From the IMG/VR virus record IMGVR_UViG_3300032277_000023, positions 1 through 39,481 of that record: a stretch of DNA of 39,481 nucleotides, one strand, 5' to 3'. Source of the stretch: a virus. Lineage: Duplodnaviria > Caudoviricetes. Under the pieces are notes generated by a model. That model did no database searches. It was not told where the DNA came from and saw only the letters and a list, made by a program, of their open reading frames with translations. Each line of letters begins with the position of its first letter. The stretch's first letter is position 1. Below are positions 19,428 to 27,283 of this stretch, one piece after another. A program made the translations under genes and the position numbers.

Positions 19428-20084
19428 ATGAGCCTTGTATCATCATCTTGGCCCCATAGCCTGGACACCGCCACCGTGGACAATCAATCCCCGGCCGTTG
19501 CCGAGACCGCCCGAATCCTGGCGGGCCGTGCGCGTTGGCTCTATGAAATGGCCACCGGGGAATCCGGGGACTCGGCCGAATCACCGATTATCCCGGTCAA
19601 CCCGCAAGGGCTATATGGTGTGGACCATAGCGGCCCGCCCTATGGGGTCGCGTTGCGTCACGGTGTAATCCACGGTGGCAGCTCCATCGATCCCACAAGG
19701 AACTCTAGCTATTGGACGGATGCGGACCGGGACACGGTGGCCGATGAGGCCCCGTTGACGGTGCAGACGGTTGTATGGGTTAAGCCGCACGTTGACGGGG
19801 TGGGGCCCTATGCCTACGGCTACCTTGATTTCGTGGCCGCTCGGGTTGGCGGCTCCACCGTGACGGTTACCGCCACCGTCGAAAATATCAGCGCTGGCCA
19901 AGAATCCGCATCGGGCACCCTGGCTATCACATCGGGTGCCTCCATTAATGAGTTCGCTGGCACATCCGTCAAGGTGCCCATGGTATCTGGCTGGAACCGC
20001 ATTCGGGTCACGTTTGAGGCTGATGGGACCGCATATATCGCCGGGTGGTCCATCAACCAGGTTAACCCGTTTAGGGACGACTAG
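19428..20084 (+). CDS. Minor tail protein
   Basis: 218 aa; shares EMxTG...DHSGP motif with preceding gene; C-terminal GWNRIRVTF beta-sandwich pattern. Confidence 0.6.
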   Translation: MSLVSSSWPHSLDTATVDNQSPAVAETARILAGRARWLYEMATGESGDSAESPIIPVNPQGLYGVDHSGPPYGVALRHGVIHGGSSIDPTRNSSYWTDADRDTVADEAPLTVQTVVWVKPHVDGVGPYAYGYLDFVAARVGGSTVTVTATVENISAGQESASGTLAITSGASINEFAGTSVKVPMVSGWNRIRVTFEADGTAYIAGWSINQVNPFRDD

Positions 20085-20221
20085 GCCCATGGGCGAGGAC
20101 TCAATCCGGCGTCTGGGTCGTACGTACCTGCGTCGTGGTAATCACGCGGCGGCACATCGTCACAAGCGGCCGAAAAGAGGGTCAAGAGCACGGCGAACAG
20201 AATAGTGGTCTTTTTGGTCAT
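20081..20221 (-). CDS. Small lipoprotein (46 aa)
   Basis: MTKKTTILFAVLLTLFSAAC: basic n-region, h-region, lipobox-like Cys; has its own promoter. Confidence 0.7.
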   Translation of the reverse strand: MTKKTTILFAVLLTLFSAACDDVPPRDYHDAGTYDPDAGLSPRPWA

Positions 20222-20227
20222 AGTGCC

Positions 20228-20256
20228 ACGGTAGCAGCGGGCCCCCAGGGCGTCAA
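20228..20256 (-). promoter_or_regulatory. sigma70-type promoter with leaderless geometry
   Basis: TTGACG-N17-TACCGT-N6-ATG. Confidence 0.7.
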
Positions 20257-20792
20257 GCGCCCTTGTGGAGGCGAACGTCCCTGCCCACGGCCCAAAGCCC
20301 AATGCCCACCGCGTCCACAACGTCGGAACGCTGGTCCGGGCTCATCGGCGCTAGGATGCCGGCCAACAATTGTTCCTCGGTAGAGCCCAATTCGCGGGCC
20401 ACCCATGCCGCGATCATGGCCTTCGTGTAGGTGGATTTCCAGTCCTTGACTTGGACTAGGTAGCCGTTGTCCGCGGCCCCACAAGCCCATCCCGACACCG
20501 CGTTCAATTCCAGTAAGGACGTCGTCTTGAACGAGCGCCCCCGAGCCTGCATGAATTCCGCGCAACAATTGAAACGGCCCCCCCGATCCCTGGCCCATTC
20601 GACCACGGCCCTTGACGTCATTTCGGTCAAAACGTCGTTAGGCTCGCGAACCCCGTCCCCTGGGTCCGGCCGCCCGGCGTCCCATAGCGTTTTCCCGCGA
20701 AACAAGGCAAGACCGGCGTAGCGCTTGCCAGGGTCCACGGCCAAAAGAGGCAAATCGGAGTCATGAAATAGGGGGGTTGTGCGGTGTTCCAT
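20253..20792 (-). CDS. RuvC-like Holliday junction resolvase
   Basis: LAVDPG..AGLA, central Glu, and DVVDAVGIG acidic motifs of the RNase H/RuvC fold. Confidence 0.8.
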   Translation of the reverse strand: MEHRTTPLFHDSDLPLLAVDPGKRYAGLALFRGKTLWDAGRPDPGDGVREPNDVLTEMTSRAVVEWARDRGGRFNCCAEFMQARGRSFKTTSLLELNAVSGWACGAADNGYLVQVKDWKSTYTKAMIAAWVARELGSTEEQLLAGILAPMSPDQRSDVVDAVGIGLWAVGRDVRLHKGA

Positions 20793-21030
20793 GGTCCCGA
20801 GGATAGCACAAGGGCCACCGTTTTGCCATCCATAGCAGGCCGTTTGGGCATTCGCACGTTAGCCGGAACAGGACACTCTTTTCGCGCATCACGTCCACCG
20901 CGACCCGTCGTCCTCGTATCACGCGGAAACCGCGGCCGGGCACCCGCTCGACGACCGGTTGCCAGGTCCACCCTAGCGTGGCGCAGCGTCCACACCGGGG
21001 GCCCGTTGGCGTTGGCGTCCTAGGACTCAC
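20761..21030 (-). CDS. Small Zn-finger-like hypothetical protein
   Basis: CGRC...CECPNG; ATGA-coupled to the methyltransferase. Confidence 0.6.
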   Translation of the reverse strand: MSPRTPTPTGPRCGRCATLGWTWQPVVERVPGRGFRVIRGRRVAVDVMREKSVLFRLTCECPNGLLWMAKRWPLCYPRDHGTPHNPPIS

Positions 21031-21593
21031 AGGAGCTCATTTCCTACGCGGTCCCACCCGGCCACAATGTGACGAGAAAACAATTCAATCCGGGGCCGGT
21101 CCCCATAACACTCGACAATTGAATCTCGAATCTGTGCAGGTTTCTCGCTATGTGCACCTCGAGGCGCCGGCACCACCTGGCGCACCTTGGACGACACCAG
21201 CGGAAACGGCCGGCCCTTCTTACAGGTGGTGAACAATAGACAGAGCTCCGACGTAGGTTTCACGGCCGTTGGCGGGACCCCTTGGGCACCGATAAGGGCC
21301 CCGTCTTTGGTGGTCTTAACCCAATTGAAAGCGACACCGCGATAATGGAGCCCCCAGGCACGCCCCGCGTCGATGGCCAGCGGCAAGAGCGGGCACGTAG
21401 CCCACACGAACGCGGCGCCCCGTTTTGGGTCCCGGAAAAGGCTGGCCACCGGCAATGCGTTGATCTGTTCGGGAGTCATCGACGCGGCGTACTCCTTGCC
21501 CGCGGCCCCCATTTTCGTCTGGGACCCGTAGTAGGTCCATGCGGGATCGGCATAAACGATATCGTATTTCCCGAAATAGGGTTCTAGGTTCAC
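21027..21593 (-). CDS. MT-A70 family (N6-adenine) methyltransferase
   Basis: GTG at 21593 overlaps thyX stop; YDIVYADPAW, FVWAT, FNWVK, SELCL, HSEKP, RIELFSR..GWD..GNE. Confidence 0.9.
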   Translation of the reverse strand: MNLEPYFGKYDIVYADPAWTYYGSQTKMGAAGKEYAASMTPEQINALPVASLFRDPKRGAAFVWATCPLLPLAIDAGRAWGLHYRGVAFNWVKTTKDGALIGAQGVPPTAVKPTSELCLLFTTCKKGRPFPLVSSKVRQVVPAPRGAHSEKPAQIRDSIVECYGDRPRIELFSRHIVAGWDRVGNELL

Positions 21594-22369
21594 GGTGCAC
21601 GTCCTTCGTTGAAAAGGGCCAGCGTACGCGGAAACGACGTCTCGAGCAACGCGGCAACCTGGTCCGAGTATTGGCGAATCTCCCACTGGGCGTGGCTATC
21701 GGACCGGAGCCCCACGAATTTAAGCCAGTTCAGCAAATTAGCCTTGGCACGGAAAACGGTGTAGCGCGACACAGGCAAAACGCACCTGGCAAGCTCCTTC
21801 GGAACCCCCGACTTAAGTAGTCCCCGATAAACATCCGCGGCATACTCGAATGCCCGATCAATATCGTCCGAGCAGTGCATGGCCTCCGTCTCGTCCAACG
21901 CGGCACCGGTTCCCTGGGCTTGCTTGTTGGCCGTGTCGACGTTCAAGAGCCGTTCAACGCTCGGCACATAGTCTTCCGTCGCAAGCGGCGCGTATCGAGC
22001 GCTGGCCTCGTTGTAGCTTTGGGTCCGGTGTCGCATCCATTGGCGGGCCACGAAAATCGGTGCCTTGATTTCGAAAACGGCTTCACACATTTCGAACGGG
22101 CTAGTGTGTCGGTTGGTCCATAGGTAGCGCAAGAGACGCTCGTCGCCATGGCCCCAGCGGTGTCCGTGCTCCTGGGTAGCGGGACAATCGGTTGGATAGG
22201 CCCCGTATTGCTCCCCGCAATCGCGGCAAATCGGACCCCACCCCTTGAATCCGCCACCGGTCGACATCCTGGCGGCTTCAATGATCCGCTCATCGGACCC
22301 CATGGTTTCTATCAATTGAATGTAGCCGTGGTCCAGGACCTGGCGTTTTTCGGTTTCGGTTGTTCGCAT
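21590..22369 (-). CDS. thyX: Flavin-dependent thymidylate synthase ThyX
   Basis: AARMS, HTSPFE, RQWMRHRTQSYNEASARY (RHRx7SxR), ELARCVLP, HAQWEIR. Confidence 0.95.
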   Translation of the reverse strand: MRTTETEKRQVLDHGYIQLIETMGSDERIIEAARMSTGGGFKGWGPICRDCGEQYGAYPTDCPATQEHGHRWGHGDERLLRYLWTNRHTSPFEMCEAVFEIKAPIFVARQWMRHRTQSYNEASARYAPLATEDYVPSVERLLNVDTANKQAQGTGAALDETEAMHCSDDIDRAFEYAADVYRGLLKSGVPKELARCVLPVSRYTVFRAKANLLNWLKFVGLRSDSHAQWEIRQYSDQVAALLETSFPRTLALFNEGRAP

Positions 22370-22465
22370 CTAGGGTGCCTCCGTAGTGGCTGGATCGGTG
22401 TTATGGTCCATTGCGTCTATCTTCCTTCGTCCTAGCGTCATCTTACATCTTGGGCATGTTTTCAT
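22370..22465 (-). CDS. 31 aa CxxC mini-ORF (possible remnant)
   Basis: MKTCPRCKMTLGRRKIDAMDHNTDPATTEAP; ATGA overlap with polymerase stop; its TAG abuts the thyX ATG. Confidence 0.4.
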   Translation of the reverse strand: MKTCPRCKMTLGRRKIDAMDHNTDPATTEAP

Positions 22466-24411
22466 CTGTCGAAGCTCCTTGCGGTTGCGGGATCCGGAAC
22501 AAGACGGCCTCTATTACGGATCTCCCGCGCCTTTTTACTCCATGCCAGCATCGCATGAGCACCCGCCCTCATTGGCACATCTGGGATCCAACGGGAGGCG
22601 CCACGCTCCATCGACTGCACAAGCCAGTTAGCGGCTGCGTCGACTTCCGCAACAGGCACCTCCAGAATAATTTCATCGTGCACGTAGCACCACAGACCCC
22701 AGGAGTCTCGCTTCTCGGTTTCCACATCCCACAAAGCCTGTTTCGCGGCATCCGCGATCAGGCCCTGAAACATGGTGTTAGCCCGTTGACAATAGCCCGT
22801 CCCACCTCGGCGTCGGCCGCTGAAAGTCTGGGTCACGGCCCCCCGATGGTCCGACGCCCACCGGAAATAGGCAGCAAGGCCCCAGCTTTCTTTGAACCTG
22901 CCTAGGAGCTCCTTTGCGCGGCCCTCGGATACGTTGATCCCGTAGCCCGCCAAATAGTCCACCATCGCCGAGGCGCCGAGGCCCCCAGGGGCCCCGAAGT
23001 TCACTCCTTTGGCCGATTGGCGAGCGTCGGCCCACGGACCATCCAGGGTTCCCGCTTGGTGGGCCTCGAGAATCTGGGCGTATGTGGTCCCGTCGTCCAG
23101 CACATCGGCAGCAAATTTACAATGGGGGTCCCCGGCCGGGTCCTCCTGATAGAATTCCGCGAACCGCGACTCACCGAACAAGTCCAAACACACCTGGCCC
23201 AGGCCCCTGAGTTCGGCCGTGTCGTAATCCGCCGCGACGAGTGCCATGCCCGGACGCGCACAATAGATCTCGCGCATTCCCGCACGCCTAGGCAGGTTCT
23301 GGACGTTGGGCCCCGAGCTCGACGTGCGCCCCGTCTCTTTGAGCGTGTGGTAGCGCGACTGGATGGGGTGGTCCTCGGCGTGGGCCGCGATAACCGGCGC
23401 GATGTAGGTCTTTACCATTTTCTCGGCCGTCGTGAGTTTGGACCACCGGACCAGGGCGTCTGGGGCCGATTCGAAAGCCGCGGCAACGGCCAACGTGCCC
23501 GCGTCCGTTTTGGGCGTCCCCTTGTCTGTGCGTGGGACCGCTTGGCCCTCGGCATCGAATGCTGCAGCAACCAGGGCCCGGCATTCTTTGGCGTTTTTGG
23601 TCATGACCTCCGGGTTTTTGGTCTTCCACTTGCGTTTCATTAGGCCGGCTTCGAGCAACGCGGCCCGATGGCCCTGGGCTTCCGCGTCGAGCTCCTCTTT
23701 AAGGCGGCTAGCGTGGGCCGCGTCGACCCCCATTCCCCGGCGCGACATCGATTCAAGCGCGTAGGATGCGCGGACCTGAAACGCTTCGTCGGGGCTAATT
23801 CGAAGGTCGTTTGGGCCGATGGACGGGTGTCGCGGGGCCTTGCGTCGCTGTGCACGCATTAGCGGAACCAGGTGTTTCACGTCGTCGAGCGCATAGGCGC
23901 GGGCACGTTCGGGCCACTGGTCCACGGGAAACGGCAACAGTTCGCCGTAGCGCATACGCCACCCGTCGTCACCTTTGTCCATCGGCTCGGTGCCTAGGTA
24001 GCGTTGGCATTGGCCGTCCAAACCGAATTGGCGTTTCGTTACCCCGAGACCGTGGATAACGTAGCCCATATCTAAGGGGCTCGCGATTCCGATCAATTCT
24101 TCCCTGCGCTGGGTACACACGAATTTGCCGGCCCGGAGCCCGTCGATGATCCACGACGCATCGGCACCAATCGAATGGAGATAGTCGCGGATAACGATGA
24201 GGTCGAAGGCGACGTTCTGGGCCACAAGGTAGCCGCGTTGTACGGCTTTCTGCAAACAGGACACCCAGCGTGCAGCGTCGTTTGCGTGATACAGGTCAGA
24301 CCCAATAGCCACACACACTAGGCGTTGGGCTGGGCTCGCGTCGGTTTCGGTGTCCCATCCTGTGAATTCGGCATTGTGCGGGATCGCTGGTTCGGGGTGC
24401 AATAGAGTCAT
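22462..24411 (-). CDS. polA: DNA polymerase, family A (3'-5' exonuclease + polymerase)
   Basis: Exo WDTET, NVAFDL, YALDD; TGRTSSSGPNVQNLP; motif A ADYDTAELR; motif B RQSAKGVNFG; motif C VHDEI. Confidence 0.95.
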   Translation of the reverse strand: MTLLHPEPAIPHNAEFTGWDTETDASPAQRLVCVAIGSDLYHANDAARWVSCLQKAVQRGYLVAQNVAFDLIVIRDYLHSIGADASWIIDGLRAGKFVCTQRREELIGIASPLDMGYVIHGLGVTKRQFGLDGQCQRYLGTEPMDKGDDGWRMRYGELLPFPVDQWPERARAYALDDVKHLVPLMRAQRRKAPRHPSIGPNDLRISPDEAFQVRASYALESMSRRGMGVDAAHASRLKEELDAEAQGHRAALLEAGLMKRKWKTKNPEVMTKNAKECRALVAAAFDAEGQAVPRTDKGTPKTDAGTLAVAAAFESAPDALVRWSKLTTAEKMVKTYIAPVIAAHAEDHPIQSRYHTLKETGRTSSSGPNVQNLPRRAGMREIYCARPGMALVAADYDTAELRGLGQVCLDLFGESRFAEFYQEDPAGDPHCKFAADVLDDGTTYAQILEAHQAGTLDGPWADARQSAKGVNFGAPGGLGASAMVDYLAGYGINVSEGRAKELLGRFKESWGLAAYFRWASDHRGAVTQTFSGRRRGGTGYCQRANTMFQGLIADAAKQALWDVETEKRDSWGLWCYVHDEIILEVPVAEVDAAANWLVQSMERGASRWIPDVPMRAGAHAMLAWSKKAREIRNRGRLVPDPATARSFDR

Positions 24412-24843
24412 GTAATCGCTTTTGTTCGGGTTTCGTGGGCCCTCGACGGGATCGAACCGGTTCGGGCCTTAGGTGCACCCTGCCCATTGCTAGGGCCGCG
24501 GTGTCTGTCTCGTGTTTCTGGTTCATACTCGGGTAACAACACGACTCCGCTACACACGCTGAGCCTTGCCGCGATTTACGTAACTTGACCCAACGTGGGC
24601 CATGTGTGGACCGTCTTTTGTGGGGTCCTACCGGTGCCCAGCCCGCGGAATCCCACCGCGGTGCGTCTACCTGTGTCTACGCTTGCTCTCGTACTGGACA
24701 TAGTGTCCGGTCCGCCTCCCAGGACGTGCCTGGGGCTTGGTGCGACGCCGGACGCGCCGAGACGTGATCACCGTCCTCTCAGGCCCCTAGGTACACTGCT
24801 AGGGGGTTATGGGCCGCAGCCCGTGTGAGAAGTGGTGTCCGCG
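24412..24843 (-). ncRNA. Candidate structured non-coding RNA region with shrunken tRNA-like element (24436-24497)
   Basis: Largest gap without a convincing ORF; several hairpins; GGTTCGATCCC T-loop-like motif inside GGCCCT...AGGGCC stem. Confidence 0.3.
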
Positions 24844-25377
24844 TTATTCGACGCGGCTAAACTCGAAATCGGTAAACTTTTTCGCGTTGCCGTCTTTGTC
24901 GGTGGCGTTGGTGATGACCGCGCGAATCTTGACGCCCTGGAAATAGTCCGTGTTGTCTTGCTTGAGCTTGCCATTTTGGATCACGTCGAACGAGTCCAGA
25001 TAAACCTGGCATGCCTCGGTGTCGTTCGATTTTTTGGGGTCCGGAACCAATGCCGACGGCTTCACGTCGCGGCCCAACTTGGAGCCGATAACGGCGGCCA
25101 TGCCGTTTTTGGCCATGATGATTCCGGAGTCATACATGTAATCGCGGAAAACCGTGACCACCTCGCCGGGCTCGAGTTCGTTTTGATCCTCGTTCACCGG
25201 ATCGCGTGGAAGCCCTTGGTCCAGGACATCGACGACGCGCAATTCGAACACCGTGTAGGGTGTCCCGTTTTGCTTCTCGCCGTGTTTGATCTCTTTGATC
25301 GCGGCCACGAATTCGGACGGTGGTGCATATCGGTCTTCATAGGCTTGGGACTGGGCTTGCAGATGAGGGTTGGTCAT
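24844..25377 (-). CDS. Putative single-stranded DNA-binding protein (OB-fold, DUF669-like)
   Basis: ATG at 25377; 177 aa beta-rich; lies between exonuclease and polymerase; own promoter. Confidence 0.55.
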   Translation of the reverse strand: MTNPHLQAQSQAYEDRYAPPSEFVAAIKEIKHGEKQNGTPYTVFELRVVDVLDQGLPRDPVNEDQNELEPGEVVTVFRDYMYDSGIIMAKNGMAAVIGSKLGRDVKPSALVPDPKKSNDTEACQVYLDSFDVIQNGKLKQDNTDYFQGVKIRAVITNATDKDGNAKKFTDFEFSRVE

Positions 25378-25425
25378 TTTCTTTTGTCTTTCGGTTCGGG
25401 GTTTCGGGGAATCCGGCCCCGGCGC

Positions 25426-25455
25426 AACGTAGCACGCGGGGCCGGGATTCGTCAA
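25426..25455 (-). promoter_or_regulatory. sigma70-type promoter
   Basis: TTGACG-N18-TACGTT upstream of SSB-like gene. Confidence 0.6.
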
Positions 25456-25466
25456 GCGTATTGCTG

Positions 25467-25658
25467 CTACTGCGCTTGGATGTAGCGGGCCACCTCATCG
25501 GAGCCTGGGATAGTCTCGGCGTCCATGATCGCACGGGTCTCGTACACGTAGATCACGGACACCTCCACACCATCGAGTACATCGCAAAAGGTGTCGATGA
25601 TCTCGGCGTCAGGGTGGCGGGTGGCAGCTTCTTCGATGGTGATGGTTTCGAGTTTCAT
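25467..25658 (-). CDS. Small acidic hypothetical protein (63 aa)
   Basis: ATG at 25658 with GGAG upstream; own promoter. Confidence 0.6.
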   Translation of the reverse strand: MKLETITIEEAATRHPDAEIIDTFCDVLDGVEVSVIYVYETRAIMDAETIPGSDEVARYIQAQ

Positions 25659-25698
25659 TTTCTGGTCTCCGTTTTCCGGGCCAACGTGGCCCACGGAC

Positions 25699-25728
25699 AC
25701 CATAGACACGGCCGCCAAGACCCGTCAA
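25699..25728 (-). promoter_or_regulatory. sigma70-type promoter
   Basis: TTGACG-N18-TATGGT in intergenic gap. Confidence 0.6.
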
Positions 25729-25758
25729 CCCCCTAACCCGAATTAAACGTGATTCGCA

Positions 25759-26625
25759 TCACGCATCGATAACCCGTAACAGGTGATCGGCCCTAGACAG
25801 GTGGACCGCGGGCCCAAGGCGCGCGAAATCCTTGCACGGATCCCCGTTGTAATCGCATCCCCAGCGGTATTTGGTGCATGCTGCCGGGGCGTTGCCCTTG
25901 GGGGCCCGTTTGCGTCCTGATGCGCGAATCATCGGCTCCCAAGCCGACAGCCAAAGGGCCGTCAACGCTAGGTCCGACTCGGACCGCGTGAACAGGCGCG
26001 ACGGCTTGGGGCCCAGAATCTTTTTCTTGTTCCTGCTGTGGGCATAGACCCACGTTGCGCGGACCCGTTCGAGTTCCTCCGACTCGGCGAACCCGACCCC
26101 CACATAAAGCGCCACCTGGGGATCCCCCGGCATATCAGCCACCGTCAAAGCCCGGCTAAAATTACCGGTCGTCTTGAGGTCCATTACCTCGATCTCCTGG
26201 GGCCCGTGGCGCCACTCGGTATCGATGAGCCCCGACAGCTGACACATAGCCCGGTCACCGACGTACAGAGTCACCATGAAGCGCCGTTCTGGAATCACGT
26301 TTTCGGCTGGACCGGGGAACTCGGTGCGGATGGCCCGCGCCATAACGTCGGCCCTGCGCAATTCGTCCGGCCCCAGGAACCCCAGCGCGTCCCGTTTCGT
26401 GGTCGCTGGCACGTCGTCCGGCACGTCGTCGGCACCCTTCTGCCATTCCTCGAGGCGGGCGTGGACCTCGGTTCCTAGGGACGCAGCCGCAGACCCCTCC
26501 CAAGGCCGCGTCCTACTGTGGAACCAAGCCGCAGGGCAGTGGAGAAATTTGGCCGTTTGGGTCGCGGAAAAGCGGGGAAGATCCTCGTTCCGGGGTTCGT
26601 GAACCAGGGTTACGCGGCTAGTCAT
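25759..26625 (-). CDS. PD-(D/E)XK nuclease (Cas4/RecB-like exonuclease)
   Basis: SAT..F..CP, GTEVH, E, GLID, DLKT, QVALY, plus three C-terminal Cys. Confidence 0.85.
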   Translation of the reverse strand: MTSRVTLVHEPRNEDLPRFSATQTAKFLHCPAAWFHSRTRPWEGSAAASLGTEVHARLEEWQKGADDVPDDVPATTKRDALGFLGPDELRRADVMARAIRTEFPGPAENVIPERRFMVTLYVGDRAMCQLSGLIDTEWRHGPQEIEVMDLKTTGNFSRALTVADMPGDPQVALYVGVGFAESEELERVRATWVYAHSRNKKKILGPKPSRLFTRSESDLALTALWLSAWEPMIRASGRKRAPKGNAPAACTKYRWGCDYNGDPCKDFARLGPAVHLSRADHLLRVIDA

Positions 26626-26941
26626 CGTCGTCCACCTTGACTGCTGACATGATCGTCAATTTCGTCGACAGAAAACCGCCATCCGCCCCGAGCACCATAC
26701 GCGTGTTCGCGTCCATGATATGGTGGATCTCGTCTTGCCACGTCTCCAGCGCCTCGACGTCCTCCGCCTTGGCGCGGGCCCAATCGTCCTGGGCAATGGC
26801 TAGGCGCGTCTCGCGCTCCTTCAGGTCCAATTCCCACGACTCGAGGACCGCGCGTTTCATGGCACGACGCAACGGGCCTCCTGGCTTGAGGTCCATGGTC
26901 CTCATGTGGGCTAGAATTTGGTCGATGATACGGCGCGTCAT
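26618..26941 (-). CDS. Hypothetical coiled-coil protein
   Basis: ATG at 26941 with GGAGG RBS and ATGA overlap; 107 aa. Confidence 0.6.
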   Translation of the reverse strand: MTRRIIDQILAHMRTMDLKPGGPLRRAMKRAVLESWELDLKERETRLAIAQDDWARAKAEDVEALETWQDEIHHIMDANTRMVLGADGGFLSTKLTIMSAVKVDDDD

Positions 26942-27099
26942 GGCGCGGCCTCCATATTTACTACCAACGCAATGACGGCAATCCACAGAACTAGAAGCTG
27001 AATTCGCTGCATCAGAATCACGGTCCTGTAGTATTTCAGGCGGTCTGTGATCGTCGTCAAGGCTTCAATTGCGCGTTGGGTCTGGTTTTCTTGGCTCAT
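26938..27099 (-). CDS. Small membrane protein (53 aa)
   Basis: ATG at 27099 with AGGA; C-terminal TM IQLLVLWIAVIALVV. Confidence 0.55.
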   Translation of the reverse strand: MSQENQTQRAIEALTTITDRLKYYRTVILMQRIQLLVLWIAVIALVVNMEAAP

Positions 27100-27283
27100 G
27101 GGGTATCCTGTCCGTTCTGTGGGCCACGCTATCCTGGAAGATTCGCTGCCTATCAAGGTATTGCCTAAAGTACCTCGTGTCATCGATAGCCTGGCCTAGT
27201 GCCTGTATGCGCTCGTTGTCCGTTGCACCGTACATCTGGCCCAATCGGTTTAGGTATGCCTGATACAATAATTCGTTATTCAT
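27065..27283 (-). CDS. Hypothetical protein (72 aa)
   Basis: ATG at 27283 with AAGGAG RBS, ATGA overlap with primase stop. Confidence 0.55.
   Translation of the reverse strand: MNNELLYQAYLNRLGQMYGATDNERIQALGQAIDDTRYFRQYLDRQRIFQDSVAHRTDRIPHEPRKPDPTRN

Noticed and set aside
3089-20084. TAG stop-codon reassignment
   Set aside because: Genes ending in TAG have normal lengths and the next gene starts right after; there is no fragmentation under the standard code.
24436-24497. Canonical tRNA gene
   Set aside because: Only ~62 nt, with a 3-bp T-stem and no proper D or anticodon arm. Kept only as a tRNA-like candidate.
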